The translations under genes were made by a program, and so were the position numbers. The notes under the pieces are model-generated. The model saw only the letters and a list, made by a program, of their open reading frames with translations, searched no databases and had not been told where the DNA came from. Below, in pieces: positions 1 through 9,102 of a stretch of 64,000 nucleotides of DNA (its first letter is position 1; every line of letters starts with the position of its first letter). The stretch comes from an uncultured delta proteobacterium (lineage in GTDB: Bacteria; Myxococcota_A; Polyangia; Haliangiales; Haliangiaceae). The stretch spans positions 640,001-704,000 of the forward strand of contig CAWKDB010000011.1 of assembly GCA_963848295.1 (NCBI GenBank), read 5' to 3'.

Positions 1-103
1 CGCACCGGTGAACCGCGCGCTGGTGCGGCTCGTGCGCGCCGCCGAGGCCGGCGGTCGGCGCGACTGGACCGGCGCGGAGCTGCGTCGAGAGCTCGGCGTC
101 TGA
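1..103 (+). CDS. 3' end of a gene, probably 2-dehydropantoate 2-reductase (ApbA/PanE-like C-terminus)
   Basis: Frame 2 reads APVNRALVRLVRAAEAGGRRDWTGAELRRELGV*, resembling the 'aPvN..lv.lv' end of ketopantoate reductases; partial gene. Confidence 0.4.
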   Translation, partial: APVNRALVRLVRAAEAGGRRDWTGAELRRELGV

Positions 104-128
104 GCCGACGGTCCACCCCGACCGAAGG

Positions 129-437
129 TCATGCGGACTTGGTGCGGACCTTGCCGAAGTGCGTCGCAGTGAACGTACCGATCAGGAGCGAGCCGACCCC
201 CAACGCCGCCCATCCGAGGTAGTCCTGCGGGGCGAATCGCATGAACAGTGCGGCACCGCCGGCGAGGTTCGCGAAGCCCCAGTACACGTTGACCAGCGGC
301 GACGATTCGCCGACGCCGGGCGGTTTCGCGAACGGACTCTGGAACGGTGCGCCCGAGAGGCCCTGGACGAAGTGCGGGATGCCGTTGGTCAACAACAGAC
401 CGCTCGCGAACAACAGGAGGTATCCGTACCACGTCAT
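129..437 (-). CDS. Small membrane protein of unknown function
   Basis: MTWYGYLLLF...NGIPHFVQGLSGAPFQSPFAKPPGVGESSPLVNVYWG; three hydrophobic segments; AAGGAG RBS before ATG at 437. Confidence 0.75.
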   Translation of the reverse strand: MTWYGYLLLFASGLLLTNGIPHFVQGLSGAPFQSPFAKPPGVGESSPLVNVYWGFANLAGGAALFMRFAPQDYLGWAALGVGSLLIGTFTATHFGKVRTKSA

Positions 438-463
438 GTGAGCTCCTTCGTTTCGTCGAACCC

Positions 464-1030
464 CTACGCCGCCCACAGCGCGACGGCGAGGCCGGCGAGC
501 ATCGCCAACACGAGCATCGCGTCGAGAAACCGCCCGTAGCTCTGCAGCCGGGCGCGCAGCGGCGCCTTGCCCTCGTGCTCGGTCAGCGGCAACTCGGCGC
601 GCCGCAGTTGTTTGACCAGCGAATCGAACCGATCCCAGTCGCGCGCCGCGATGAACCACCACGAGCCGCGCTTGGCCTCGAGTGCAATGCCGTCGCGATA
701 GACGTGCGCGGTGACGATGCGCGACGCAGGCTGATGGAACCCGAGCACCGCCCAGCCCCAGCGCACGCCGTCGCGCGTGACCGCGACGTGGGCGCGCCGA
801 ACCGCGAACCCGAGCAGCGCGATCGCGACGAACGCGACCGGCAGCACGATCTGCGTGCTGGCATGGCGATTCCACGGGTGGCGCGACACGAGGTACCAGG
901 TCAGCGCCCCGAGCAACACGACGAGCACGAGCGCGCTGCTCGCGAGCCTGCGCGATCGCAGCGGCGCGCGAAACGTCCCGAGCGGCGTGCCGACCAGGCC
1001 GATGCCTGGGGGCAGATCGATCACGCTCAT
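464..1030 (-). CDS. Membrane protein with a PH-like soluble region (hypothetical)
   Basis: MSVIDLPPG...; two N-terminal TM helices and one C-terminal TM helix; ATG overlaps the glnD stop (ATGA). Confidence 0.7.
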   Translation of the reverse strand: MSVIDLPPGIGLVGTPLGTFRAPLRSRRLASSALVLVVLLGALTWYLVSRHPWNRHASTQIVLPVAFVAIALLGFAVRRAHVAVTRDGVRWGWAVLGFHQPASRIVTAHVYRDGIALEAKRGSWWFIAARDWDRFDSLVKQLRRAELPLTEHEGKAPLRARLQSYGRFLDAMLVLAMLAGLAVALWAA

Positions 1031-3744
1031 GGCCGCCGCTCGCCGGTCGAGCTCGGGTCGACCGCGGCCCGGAGCTGGCCGATCAACGCGGCTCGCTCGC
1101 CGGCATCGGTGAGGCGCTGGCCGGCGCGCGTCACGTAGAACACGTCGGCGACCTTCTCGCCCTCGGTCGAGACCTTGGCGAGCGAGATGTCCAGGCCGAG
1201 CTCGGCGAACGTTTGGGTGATCGCATGGAGCACGCCGGGGCGATCGAGCGTGAACACCTCGACGATCGTCGCCTGGGTCGAGTCGTCGTGCAGACGGATC
1301 TCGGTGACGACGCCGGGCGTGACGCGGGCCGGCAACCCGCTCTTCGGCCGCCGCCTCGCGATCAGCGCGGCGACCTTCGCCGGATCGAGCATGGTCGCGA
1401 ACAGCTCGCGCAAGTCGGCGGCGACTTTCGGCCAGCGCGGATCGTCCTCGGTGATCGCGGCACCCTTGCCGTCGCGGACATAGAACGTGTCGAGCGCGAG
1501 TCGCCGGCCGGCGTGCTCGCCGTGACCGAGCGCGGCGCCGAGCACGTCGACCCGATGAGCGGTCAGCGCCCCCGCGATCGCGGCGAGCGCACCGGGCACG
1601 TCGGGCGCGATCACGGCGACCTCGCTGTGGCCCTTCATCGGGAAGCAGTGGACCTCGATCGCGATCGCCGGCTGCTTCGTCGCGCTCGCGATCATCGCGC
1701 GGACGTGACGCGCGGCTTGGCGCGGCGTGAGCTGGACGAGCAACTGCGGGTCGACACCGGCGACCGCAGCGCGCGCATCGGGCTCGGTGTGCGCGCCGTC
1801 GCCGACGACGAGCTCCGCGATCCGCCGGCGCGCACCATCCTCTGGAGCGCTGCCGCCTTCGGGCCGCTCGCCGCGAAGGTGCGCGCGCGTTCGCAGCACG
1901 AGATCGCGCAACAGGCCGTCCTTCCACGCCGACAAGTTGTCGGGCGCGGTCATCGCGGTGTCGCACAGCGTGAGCAGATAGAGCTGGACGAGTCGCTCCT
2001 CGCCGCCGGGCGCGTTCGCGCCGATGCGCTCGGCGAACCGCGCGATCACGTCGTGGTCGGCGAGGTCGCGGCGCTGCGACAGATGGCTCATCGTCAGGTG
2101 CTGGCGCACGAGCATCTCGGCGAGCTCACCGTCGGCGTCGGTCATGCCGATCCGGCGAGCGACCGCGCGCGCGATCACCGCGCCTTTCTCGGCGTGGCCT
2201 TTGCCGAGCGGCTTGCCGACATCGTGCAGCAACGTCGCGAGCAGCAGCGCCGCCGGTCGAGTCACCGATCGCCACAGCTCGGTCGCGAGCGGGTGCTCCG
2301 CCGCGAGCTCGCCGCGCGCCAACCGCTTCTGCATCGCGAGCGCATAGAGCTGATGCTGGTCGACGGTATAGACGTGATAGAGGTCGTGCTGGACGCGCGC
2401 GGTGCACGGCGCCCACTCCGGCATCAACGTCCCGAGGATCGCGAGTTGGTGCATGACCTCGAGCGCCGACGGCTGCGCCGCGTCGCGCAGATCGATCAGC
2501 GCATCGTGGAACAGCCGCGCGGCCAGCGGATCGCCGGCGAGCGGCGCGGGGTCGCGCGCGATCGTCTCGGCCGCGAGGTCGCGCGTGTGACCGTAGACCG
2601 GCAGGCCGTGCTCGACCGCGACCCGGAACAACCGCACCATCTCGGCGGGCCGCTCCGCGAACAACCGCGGATCTTTGAGCGCGAGCTCGCCGTTGAACGC
2701 GATGAACGACGCATCGATCGGGGCGATCCGCGGCCGACGGCGCGCCGGCACTCGCGCGGACTCGAGCAGGCGATCGGCGACCTGGACGACCGCGCGCGCG
2801 TGCAGGTAATAGTCGCTCATCAACGCCTCGACCGCCGGTGCGACGGCGGATCGAACATCACCTTGGTGCGGGCGTGCGTGCGGATACAGCCGCGGTGCGA
2901 TCGCCTCCTGGATCTCGAACGTGAGCTGATCGAACCGGCGCTTCGCGGCGAGCTGGACCAACGTGCGAATCCGCAGCTGGAAGTCGCGCGCGCCGCGCAA
3001 CACCTCGACCTGGCGATGCGTGAGGTGGCTCATCGCGACGAGGCCGCCGATCACAGAATCCGTGCCGGCCGGGTCGCTGCCCGGACGCGGCGGTTGCCAG
3101 CGCACGGTCGCCGCCCACAGCGCGGTCGACAGATCGCGCAGCGCGCCGATGCCCATCTTCAAGTTCGGCTCGAGCACGTAGATCGCGGCGCCGAACCGAT
3201 CGTGGCGAGCGCGATTCTCGGCGACGAGCGCGGCGATCAGCTCGTTCGGGTTGCCCGCCGGTGCGAGCGCTCCGAGCATCGCGCGCTGGAGCTCGGTCGT
3301 GAGACGCCGGTCGCCCGCGATGTGACGCGCGTCGAGCAACGCGGTCGCGGTCGCGAGATCATCTTTCGCCAGCCGTGCCGCCGCACGCGGCTCGCGCACC
3401 GCGTGACCGATCGCGAGCTTGTCGTCCCACAGCGGATACAGCAGGCGATCCGCGACCTGCTTCGCCGCGGCCTCGCCGCGCTCGTGCAGCACGATGAAGT
3501 CGATGTCGGAGTACGGCGCGAGCTCGCGCCGCGCCCAGCCGCCCGTCGCGACCAGCGCGAGCGGCGCGCCCGCATCCGCCGCCGCCGCGGTGAACCGCTC
3601 GGCGACCTCGCGATCGTAGACGTCCGCGATCGCGCGGCAAGCTGCCCCACCACGGCCCGCGGCCTCGAGCCGTGGCGCGAGCTCGCCGATCACATCGTCG
3701 AGCGCGGTGCGCAAGCTGCTCGGCAAAGCGGTGACGGCGGCCAC
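1027..3744 (-). CDS. glnD: [Protein-PII] uridylyltransferase/uridylyl-removing enzyme
   Basis: NTase motif ATGGWARRELAPYSDID; EPNLKMGIGALRD; HD domain (HVYTVDQH, LLHDVGK); two C-terminal ACT domains (DRPGVL, AKVSTEGEKVADVFYV); start estimated at GTG 3744. Confidence 0.93.
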   Translation of the reverse strand: MAAVTALPSSLRTALDDVIGELAPRLEAAGRGGAACRAIADVYDREVAERFTAAAADAGAPLALVATGGWARRELAPYSDIDFIVLHERGEAAAKQVADRLLYPLWDDKLAIGHAVREPRAAARLAKDDLATATALLDARHIAGDRRLTTELQRAMLGALAPAGNPNELIAALVAENRARHDRFGAAIYVLEPNLKMGIGALRDLSTALWAATVRWQPPRPGSDPAGTDSVIGGLVAMSHLTHRQVEVLRGARDFQLRIRTLVQLAAKRRFDQLTFEIQEAIAPRLYPHARPHQGDVRSAVAPAVEALMSDYYLHARAVVQVADRLLESARVPARRRPRIAPIDASFIAFNGELALKDPRLFAERPAEMVRLFRVAVEHGLPVYGHTRDLAAETIARDPAPLAGDPLAARLFHDALIDLRDAAQPSALEVMHQLAILGTLMPEWAPCTARVQHDLYHVYTVDQHQLYALAMQKRLARGELAAEHPLATELWRSVTRPAALLLATLLHDVGKPLGKGHAEKGAVIARAVARRIGMTDADGELAEMLVRQHLTMSHLSQRRDLADHDVIARFAERIGANAPGGEERLVQLYLLTLCDTAMTAPDNLSAWKDGLLRDLVLRTRAHLRGERPEGGSAPEDGARRRIAELVVGDGAHTEPDARAAVAGVDPQLLVQLTPRQAARHVRAMIASATKQPAIAIEVHCFPMKGHSEVAVIAPDVPGALAAIAGALTAHRVDVLGAALGHGEHAGRRLALDTFYVRDGKGAAITEDDPRWPKVAADLRELFATMLDPAKVAALIARRRPKSGLPARVTPGVVTEIRLHDDSTQATIVEVFTLDRPGVLHAITQTFAELGLDISLAKVSTEGEKVADVFYVTRAGQRLTDAGERAALIGQLRAAVDPSSTGERRP

Positions 3745-3786
3745 GGCGTCTAGATCTAGCACTCGTCTCGCCGGCGCGGATCGGCG

Positions 3787-4410
3787 ATGCTCGCCGCGAT
3801 GCGACGTGCGATCGCCTGCGCGGCGCTGGTGGCCGGCTGCGGCGACAACGCCGGCGCGCCCGATGTACCTGTGACGGTCATCGCCGACGCCGCGCCCGAC
3901 GCCGCGGTGATGCCGTGCACCGGCGGCGTCGAGCTCGTCGGCCAGTTCACCGAGACGTCGGCCGGCGATCCGCCCGAGTTCCCGGTCGTGCAGCCCACCG
4001 TCGGTCACCCGGACGGCTTCGATGTTCGCGTCGCGACCTGGCACGTCACGCACCTGGTCGGCACCGAGCTGGTCCCGGACTCCGCGGTCGCCGTCGAGTT
4101 CACCGGCTACGACGCCGCGGCGTTGAACGCGGGCCTCGCGTCGATGTTGACCCAGCCGGACATCGATGGAGGGTTGCTCGAGTTCGCACCTGACGTCGGC
4201 GGCGACGTCGAGCTCGAGTTGGCGACCGCCGGCAACTTCGTCGTGATGGACGTCCGCTGCTTTGGCCTGCTCCCCGTCGGCGATGCCGGGCTCCCGGCGA
4301 TCGCTCCGTTCGGCGTCAGCTGTGGCGTCACGTTCCTGCAGATCGCGCCCGATCGCACGATCACGATGGCGCACGGCGGCGGCGGCGCGATGCAGCTGGT
4401 CTGCGACTGA
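3787..4410 (+). CDS. Lipoprotein of unknown function, tandem paralog 1
   Basis: Lipobox LVAGC; DAAPDAA linker; ends QLVCD; true start may be MRRAIAC at 3799. Confidence 0.75.
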   Translation: MLAAMRRAIACAALVAGCGDNAGAPDVPVTVIADAAPDAAVMPCTGGVELVGQFTETSAGDPPEFPVVQPTVGHPDGFDVRVATWHVTHLVGTELVPDSAVAVEFTGYDAAALNAGLASMLTQPDIDGGLLEFAPDVGGDVELELATAGNFVVMDVRCFGLLPVGDAGLPAIAPFGVSCGVTFLQIAPDRTITMAHGGGGAMQLVCD

Positions 4411-4445
4411 CGACGTCGCCTTGTCGTCGCCGGCTCGGATCGGCG

Positions 4446-5078
4446 ATGCTCTCCGCGATGCGACGTGCGATCGCCTGCGCGGCGCTGTTGACCGGCTGCG
4501 GTGACAACGGCAGCGTGCCCGATGCGCCGGTGGCGGTCATCGCCGACGCCGCGCCCGATGCCGCGGTCATGCCGTGCACCGCCGGGATCGAGCTCGTCGG
4601 ACAGTTCACCGCGACCAACGCGGGCAGCCCGCCCGAGGTCCCGGTGACGATGCCGACCGTCGGGCACCCCGATGGCTTCGATCTTCGCGTCGCGAGCTGG
4701 CATGTCAACCATGACGACGAAGGCGATACGATCTTGATCGCGGACTCCGCGGTGAAGCTCGCATTCACTGGCTACGACGCCGCGGTCCTGAACACAGACC
4801 TAGCGCCGGTCTTGACCCTGCCGGACCTCGGCGGGGCCCTGTTCCAGCTCCTGCCCCACTCCGTGCTTCCGGTGACGCTCCAGATCGCGACGCTCGACCG
4901 TACCGCGATCATGACCGCGGATTGTGGTGGCTTGCTGGGGCTCGACAACACGGGGGTCCCCACGATCGCTCCGCTCAACCTCTCCTGCAGTGTCACGTTC
5001 TCCCAGGACGCTCCCGACGGCACGCTGATCAAGCTCGCGAACGGCAACGACGGCGCGATCCAGCTCGTGTGCGACTAA
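4446..5078 (+). CDS. Lipoprotein of unknown function, tandem paralog 2
   Basis: Lipobox LLTGC; N-terminus nearly identical to 3787..4410; ends QLVCD. Confidence 0.75.
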   Translation: MLSAMRRAIACAALLTGCGDNGSVPDAPVAVIADAAPDAAVMPCTAGIELVGQFTATNAGSPPEVPVTMPTVGHPDGFDLRVASWHVNHDDEGDTILIADSAVKLAFTGYDAAVLNTDLAPVLTLPDLGGALFQLLPHSVLPVTLQIATLDRTAIMTADCGGLLGLDNTGVPTIAPLNLSCSVTFSQDAPDGTLIKLANGNDGAIQLVCD

Positions 5079-6751
5079 GGCAGCTTGTCGTCGAACGACA
5101 GCTGCGACAGATCGATCCAGCCGTCCCACACCTTCACGCCTTTGACCCGGCGCTGGATCAGGCCCTGCGGCGCATCGGCGACGATGCCCGCGATCGGCCA
5201 GCTGGCGCCGAGCGCGGACGCGAGCTCGACCGCCGCCTTCCGGCGCTCCGCCGGATCCCACGCGGCACCGAGCGCCTCGAGCGCGCGGTCGACACGCGGA
5301 TCGGCGACCCGCCCCGGGTCTTTGCTGCTGACGATCGGGGCGATGTCGCCATCGACCATCCCGGACCACGCGAGCTCGATCAGATCGTAGTTGCCGTCGC
5401 TGCGCCGCTTGTCGAGGAACGCTTCGCCGCCGGTCTTGACGTCGATCACGACCCCGATCCGGCGCGCCGCCTCGACGAAGTAGTCGCGCTCGGTCTTGAT
5501 CGGTGGCCCGGTCGGGTCTTTCGGAGGCGGATGCTCGCCGCCGATCATGACGAGCCGGAGCTGCTTGCCCGCTTGATCGCGGATCGAGTCCTTGTCGCTG
5601 TCGGTCCAGCCCGCGGCGTCGAGCAGCTTGCCGGCGGCGGCGGGATCGAAGTCGGGCACGGCGGCTTCCGGCGCGTCGACCGGCCCACCCGGCCAGATCG
5701 GCCAGCCGACCGGCCGCGCGAGCCCGGCGAACACCTTCTTCGCGATCGCGCGGCGATCGACGAGCAACGCGAGCGCGTGGCGAACCCGCGGGTCGGCGAG
5801 CGCGCCGCGCGGGTCGAACGCGAAGTAGCGCAGCTTCGGCGGCGCGAGCTCGAGCGGACGAAACATCGCGACGATGCCGGGCGAGGTCGCCTGCTCGGGC
5901 CAGTGCGCCGGGATCAGCGCCGGAATTACATCGAGCTCGCCGTGCTTCGCCGCGGTCAGCGCGACCGCCGCGTCGGGCTCGTAGACGAACTCGAGGTCCT
6001 GGATCGCCGCGGGCCCGGCCCAGTACTTGTCGAACCGCGTCAGGTGGACGACGCCCCCCTTGTTCGACACCAGCTTCCACGGCCCGGTGCCGACCAGCGC
6101 GCCGCCCGCGTGCAGGCTGCCGTCGTAGACGTGCATCGGCAAGATCGGAATCTCGGCGAGCGCGCGCAGCACGTAGCCGCTCGGCCGCTTGAGCCGCAGC
6201 CGCAGCTCCTGCGACGTGATCAGCTCGATCGCTTCGACGTCGTCGAGCATCGGCCGGAGATGATCGACGCCTTTGTGCGGATCGCGGACCGCATCGAGCG
6301 TGAACTGGACATCCGACGTCGTCAGCGGCGTGCCATCGTGGAATAGAATCCCGGGCTCGAGCACGACGCGGATCTCCAAGCCATTCGGCATCACCTGCCA
6401 GCTGCGCGCGAGCCGGGGCGCGTAGTGGCCAGCGCCACCGGCGTCCGGCGGGACGTAGCGGAGCAGCGGCTCGAAGATCGTCCCGAGCGTGATCCGGCGC
6501 GCCCACAGCGACGGCTCGAGGATCGCGGTCAGCCTCCCGGGCTCGGCATCGACCGCGATCCGCAGCGTGTGCCCGCGTGCGGCATGGACCTCACTCTCGC
6601 TCGGCGTAGCGGCGAGCACGGGCGATCGAGGCGCTCGTTCGGCCTCGGCGGTGGGGTCCGGTGCGTGCCGCCACGGTTTGACGCGAGCCGGCGACTCGCA
6701 CGCGATACACGCGAGCACGAGAGCGGCGACTTGAGGGGCCCGCATCACCAT
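5075..6751 (-). CDS. ABC transporter substrate-binding lipoprotein (family 5, peptide/nickel type)
   Basis: Lipobox LACIAC; PRLARSW, FHDGTPLTTSDVQFT, VGTGPWKL and DPRVRHALALLVDR SBP_bac_5 motifs. Confidence 0.88.
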   Translation of the reverse strand: MVMRAPQVAALVLACIACESPARVKPWRHAPDPTAEAERAPRSPVLAATPSESEVHAARGHTLRIAVDAEPGRLTAILEPSLWARRITLGTIFEPLLRYVPPDAGGAGHYAPRLARSWQVMPNGLEIRVVLEPGILFHDGTPLTTSDVQFTLDAVRDPHKGVDHLRPMLDDVEAIELITSQELRLRLKRPSGYVLRALAEIPILPMHVYDGSLHAGGALVGTGPWKLVSNKGGVVHLTRFDKYWAGPAAIQDLEFVYEPDAAVALTAAKHGELDVIPALIPAHWPEQATSPGIVAMFRPLELAPPKLRYFAFDPRGALADPRVRHALALLVDRRAIAKKVFAGLARPVGWPIWPGGPVDAPEAAVPDFDPAAAGKLLDAAGWTDSDKDSIRDQAGKQLRLVMIGGEHPPPKDPTGPPIKTERDYFVEAARRIGVVIDVKTGGEAFLDKRRSDGNYDLIELAWSGMVDGDIAPIVSSKDPGRVADPRVDRALEALGAAWDPAERRKAAVELASALGASWPIAGIVADAPQGLIQRRVKGVKVWDGWIDLSQLSFDDKLP

Positions 6752-6766
6752 GTTATCACTCGCAGC

Positions 6767-7513
6767 ATGCCGCACCGTTCGGGCGTCTGCACCGTCTCCC
6801 TCGCCAGTCTCGTCGCGGTTGCCGCCCTGGGCGGTTGCAAGGGCGACAAGCTCAAGGGTCCTGAAGCCGAGGTCAAGAAGCCAGACATCAAGGTCGACTT
6901 GCCTGCGATCCCGGCGTTCGATATGCCGCCCGCCAACCCCGATGGGTCGCACTCGGTGAAGGAGCTGCGGGTCAAGGGCAAGAAGTTCTTAGATACCGAC
7001 ATCACGGTCAAGGGCATCATCACCTGGGCCTACGACTGCCCCACCGCGGTCCGCAAACCGGACGAGAGCGACAAGGATCTCAAGAAGCGGCTCGACGACG
7101 ATCCGACGCTGTGCGAGCGGCCGAAGTTCTACATCGGCGACACCGCCGCGACCCCGGCGGAGAAGAGCCTGTGGGTGGTCGACGTGCCCCGGCCGTACAA
7201 CAAGCTCGAAGAGGAGCGGCTCAAGAAGGCAGAGCGCAACGCGCCCGACCGCTGCGAGCCGGGCGAAAAGGATCCCAAGAAGATGATCTGCCCGCCTTAC
7301 AAGGTCGGCGACGAGGTGATCATCACCGGCACGTTCAAGCTGAGCTCGCCGCACAGCGAGCGCAACTCCGACGGCCTGCTCGTCTACAAGTCGCTCAAGA
7401 ACACGACCGAGAACTGGGAGACCCCGCCGCCCGTCGCGCCTCCGCCGGGCACGCCCGCTGCCCCGCCGCCCGCGACGAAGGCCTCGCCGACCGATCTGAT
7501 GAAGCACGGATAG
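6767..7513 (+). CDS. Lipoprotein, possibly OB-fold (hypothetical)
   Basis: Lipobox ALGGC; Lys/Asp-rich with typical codon usage; 'ITVKGII' and 'VGDEVIITGTF' strands are OB-fold-like. Confidence 0.75.
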   Translation: MPHRSGVCTVSLASLVAVAALGGCKGDKLKGPEAEVKKPDIKVDLPAIPAFDMPPANPDGSHSVKELRVKGKKFLDTDITVKGIITWAYDCPTAVRKPDESDKDLKKRLDDDPTLCERPKFYIGDTAATPAEKSLWVVDVPRPYNKLEEERLKKAERNAPDRCEPGEKDPKKMICPPYKVGDEVIITGTFKLSSPHSERNSDGLLVYKSLKNTTENWETPPPVAPPPGTPAAPPPATKASPTDLMKHG

Positions 7514-7518
7514 AGTCG

Positions 7519-9102
7519 TTACGGCGAGGGGCCACCGCTTACGGTGCCCCTACGCGCCCGGAACCGCGCGAGCGCATCGCACAGCGCCGGCGCGACCGCG
7601 ACGACCTCGCCGGCGCTGCGGATCGCGCAGTGGCCGCCGACCTCGAGCTCGTGGTCGTACGGTGCGCCGCCAGGCGGCGAGACCGTGAGGTCGATGTGAT
7701 GGGTCGGCGTGAACGGCCCCGGCGGCGTGTCGAGCTCGGCTGGCGCGGCGACGAGCGCGACCACGGCCTGCGGGTCCGGCCGTCCTTTGGGATAGCTATC
7801 CCATTCTCCGACGACCGCACGGCGCACGTACCGGGCGTCGTCGATGACGATGCCGCTGATCGTCAACGGGTCTTCGAGCCAGGTGACGCGACCGCGCACG
7901 TCGCGCCGGGTCGACGTGATCCGCCGCCACGCGCCGTCGGACGGTCGCAGCGCGAGCGGCTCGCCGTGGCGGGCGAGCACGTGGTGGTCGAACAGATCGA
8001 GCCGCGTGCCATCGACGTCGAGATGCGACGTAGGCGGCGCGTCGGGCAATCGCGTGATCGTCGCCGGTTCGGCCAGCGCGGCGAGCACGGCGTCGACCCC
8101 CGGCGGGGACGCGGGCTGCGCGCCGATCATCGCGCGCTTGCCGAGCTCGATCGTCGTGCCATCGACGAGCACGAGCCGGTGATGCGCGCCCGCAAACGGG
8201 CGGCGATCGACGATCGCGCTCGCGTCGCCGGCGAGTGCGAGCACCGCGGCGCGCACCCGCTCGAAGGCTGCGACCGCGATGCATGCCTCGCCGTCCGGCG
8301 AGCTGAGCGCGACCGAGCCGCTGCGACCGAGGCACGGCGTCCCTAGCGTCGCGCGATCGGGATGAGCGCCGAGCTCGAGCACGAGCTCGGCGTCGCGGGG
8401 CGGCGGTGGCGGCTGGCGCGCGCTCCGATCGCCGAGCGGCTCGACCTCGACCGCCTGAAGCGCCGAGACGAGCGCCGCGATCCGCGACGGATCGACGCGC
8501 AGCTGCTCCGGCGCCGACTCCTGCCCGGTCGCGAGATCGACCGCGATGTCGGCGCCGCCGTCGACCCGGTGGACGACGAGCGCTTGCTCGCCGAACCCGG
8601 CGCGGAACGGATGCGCGCGCAGCATGGCGTGGAGCGGCGGATAGAGCGCGTGCGCGACCCAGTCTTCGACGAGCAGCGCGGCGCCATCGCCAACGAGCCA
8701 AGTCTCGCCGCTGCCGGGGAGCGGGTCGGCGATCGCGATCTGCCACGTGCGCGCGCCGGCGCCGACGGTCAGCGTCGAGCGAATCGCACCGGCGCGGGCG
8801 GCCCCGGCGCGCCGTTGCCAGCGCGCACCGCGCAGCGCGGTGAGCACGCCGTCGATCGCCGCGTCGTCGGCGGCGTACGGCTGCGGCGACGTGAGCGTCC
8901 ACGTGGTGCCGCGGCGCCCGACCCGCACGTCGCCGCCATCGGCGCGGTGCCACGCGAGCGAGTCGACCTGCGCGGGCTCCAAGTCCGGCGCGAGTTGCCG
9001 CGACCGAACCGGCTGCTTGCCACCGGGATCGATCGCGACGATCACCGCGAGCGCGAGCGCGACGACGGCGAGCGCGACCAGGCCGCGCCGGCTCGCGATC
9101 AC
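7519..9102 (-). CDS. DUF4340-like membrane-anchored protein of a Gld-type ABC operon
   Basis: N-terminal TM helix; WTLTSPQPYAADDAAIDGVLTAL is DUF4340-like; start overlaps the upstream stop. Confidence 0.65.
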   Translation of the reverse strand: MIASRRGLVALAVVALALAVIVAIDPGGKQPVRSRQLAPDLEPAQVDSLAWHRADGGDVRVGRRGTTWTLTSPQPYAADDAAIDGVLTALRGARWQRRAGAARAGAIRSTLTVGAGARTWQIAIADPLPGSGETWLVGDGAALLVEDWVAHALYPPLHAMLRAHPFRAGFGEQALVVHRVDGGADIAVDLATGQESAPEQLRVDPSRIAALVSALQAVEVEPLGDRSARQPPPPPRDAELVLELGAHPDRATLGTPCLGRSGSVALSSPDGEACIAVAAFERVRAAVLALAGDASAIVDRRPFAGAHHRLVLVDGTTIELGKRAMIGAQPASPPGVDAVLAALAEPATITRLPDAPPTSHLDVDGTRLDLFDHHVLARHGEPLALRPSDGAWRRITSTRRDVRGRVTWLEDPLTISGIVIDDARYVRRAVVGEWDSYPKGRPDPQAVVALVAAPAELDTPPGPFTPTHHIDLTVSPPGGAPYDHELEVGGHCAIRSAGEVVAVAPALCDALARFRARRGTVSGGPSP

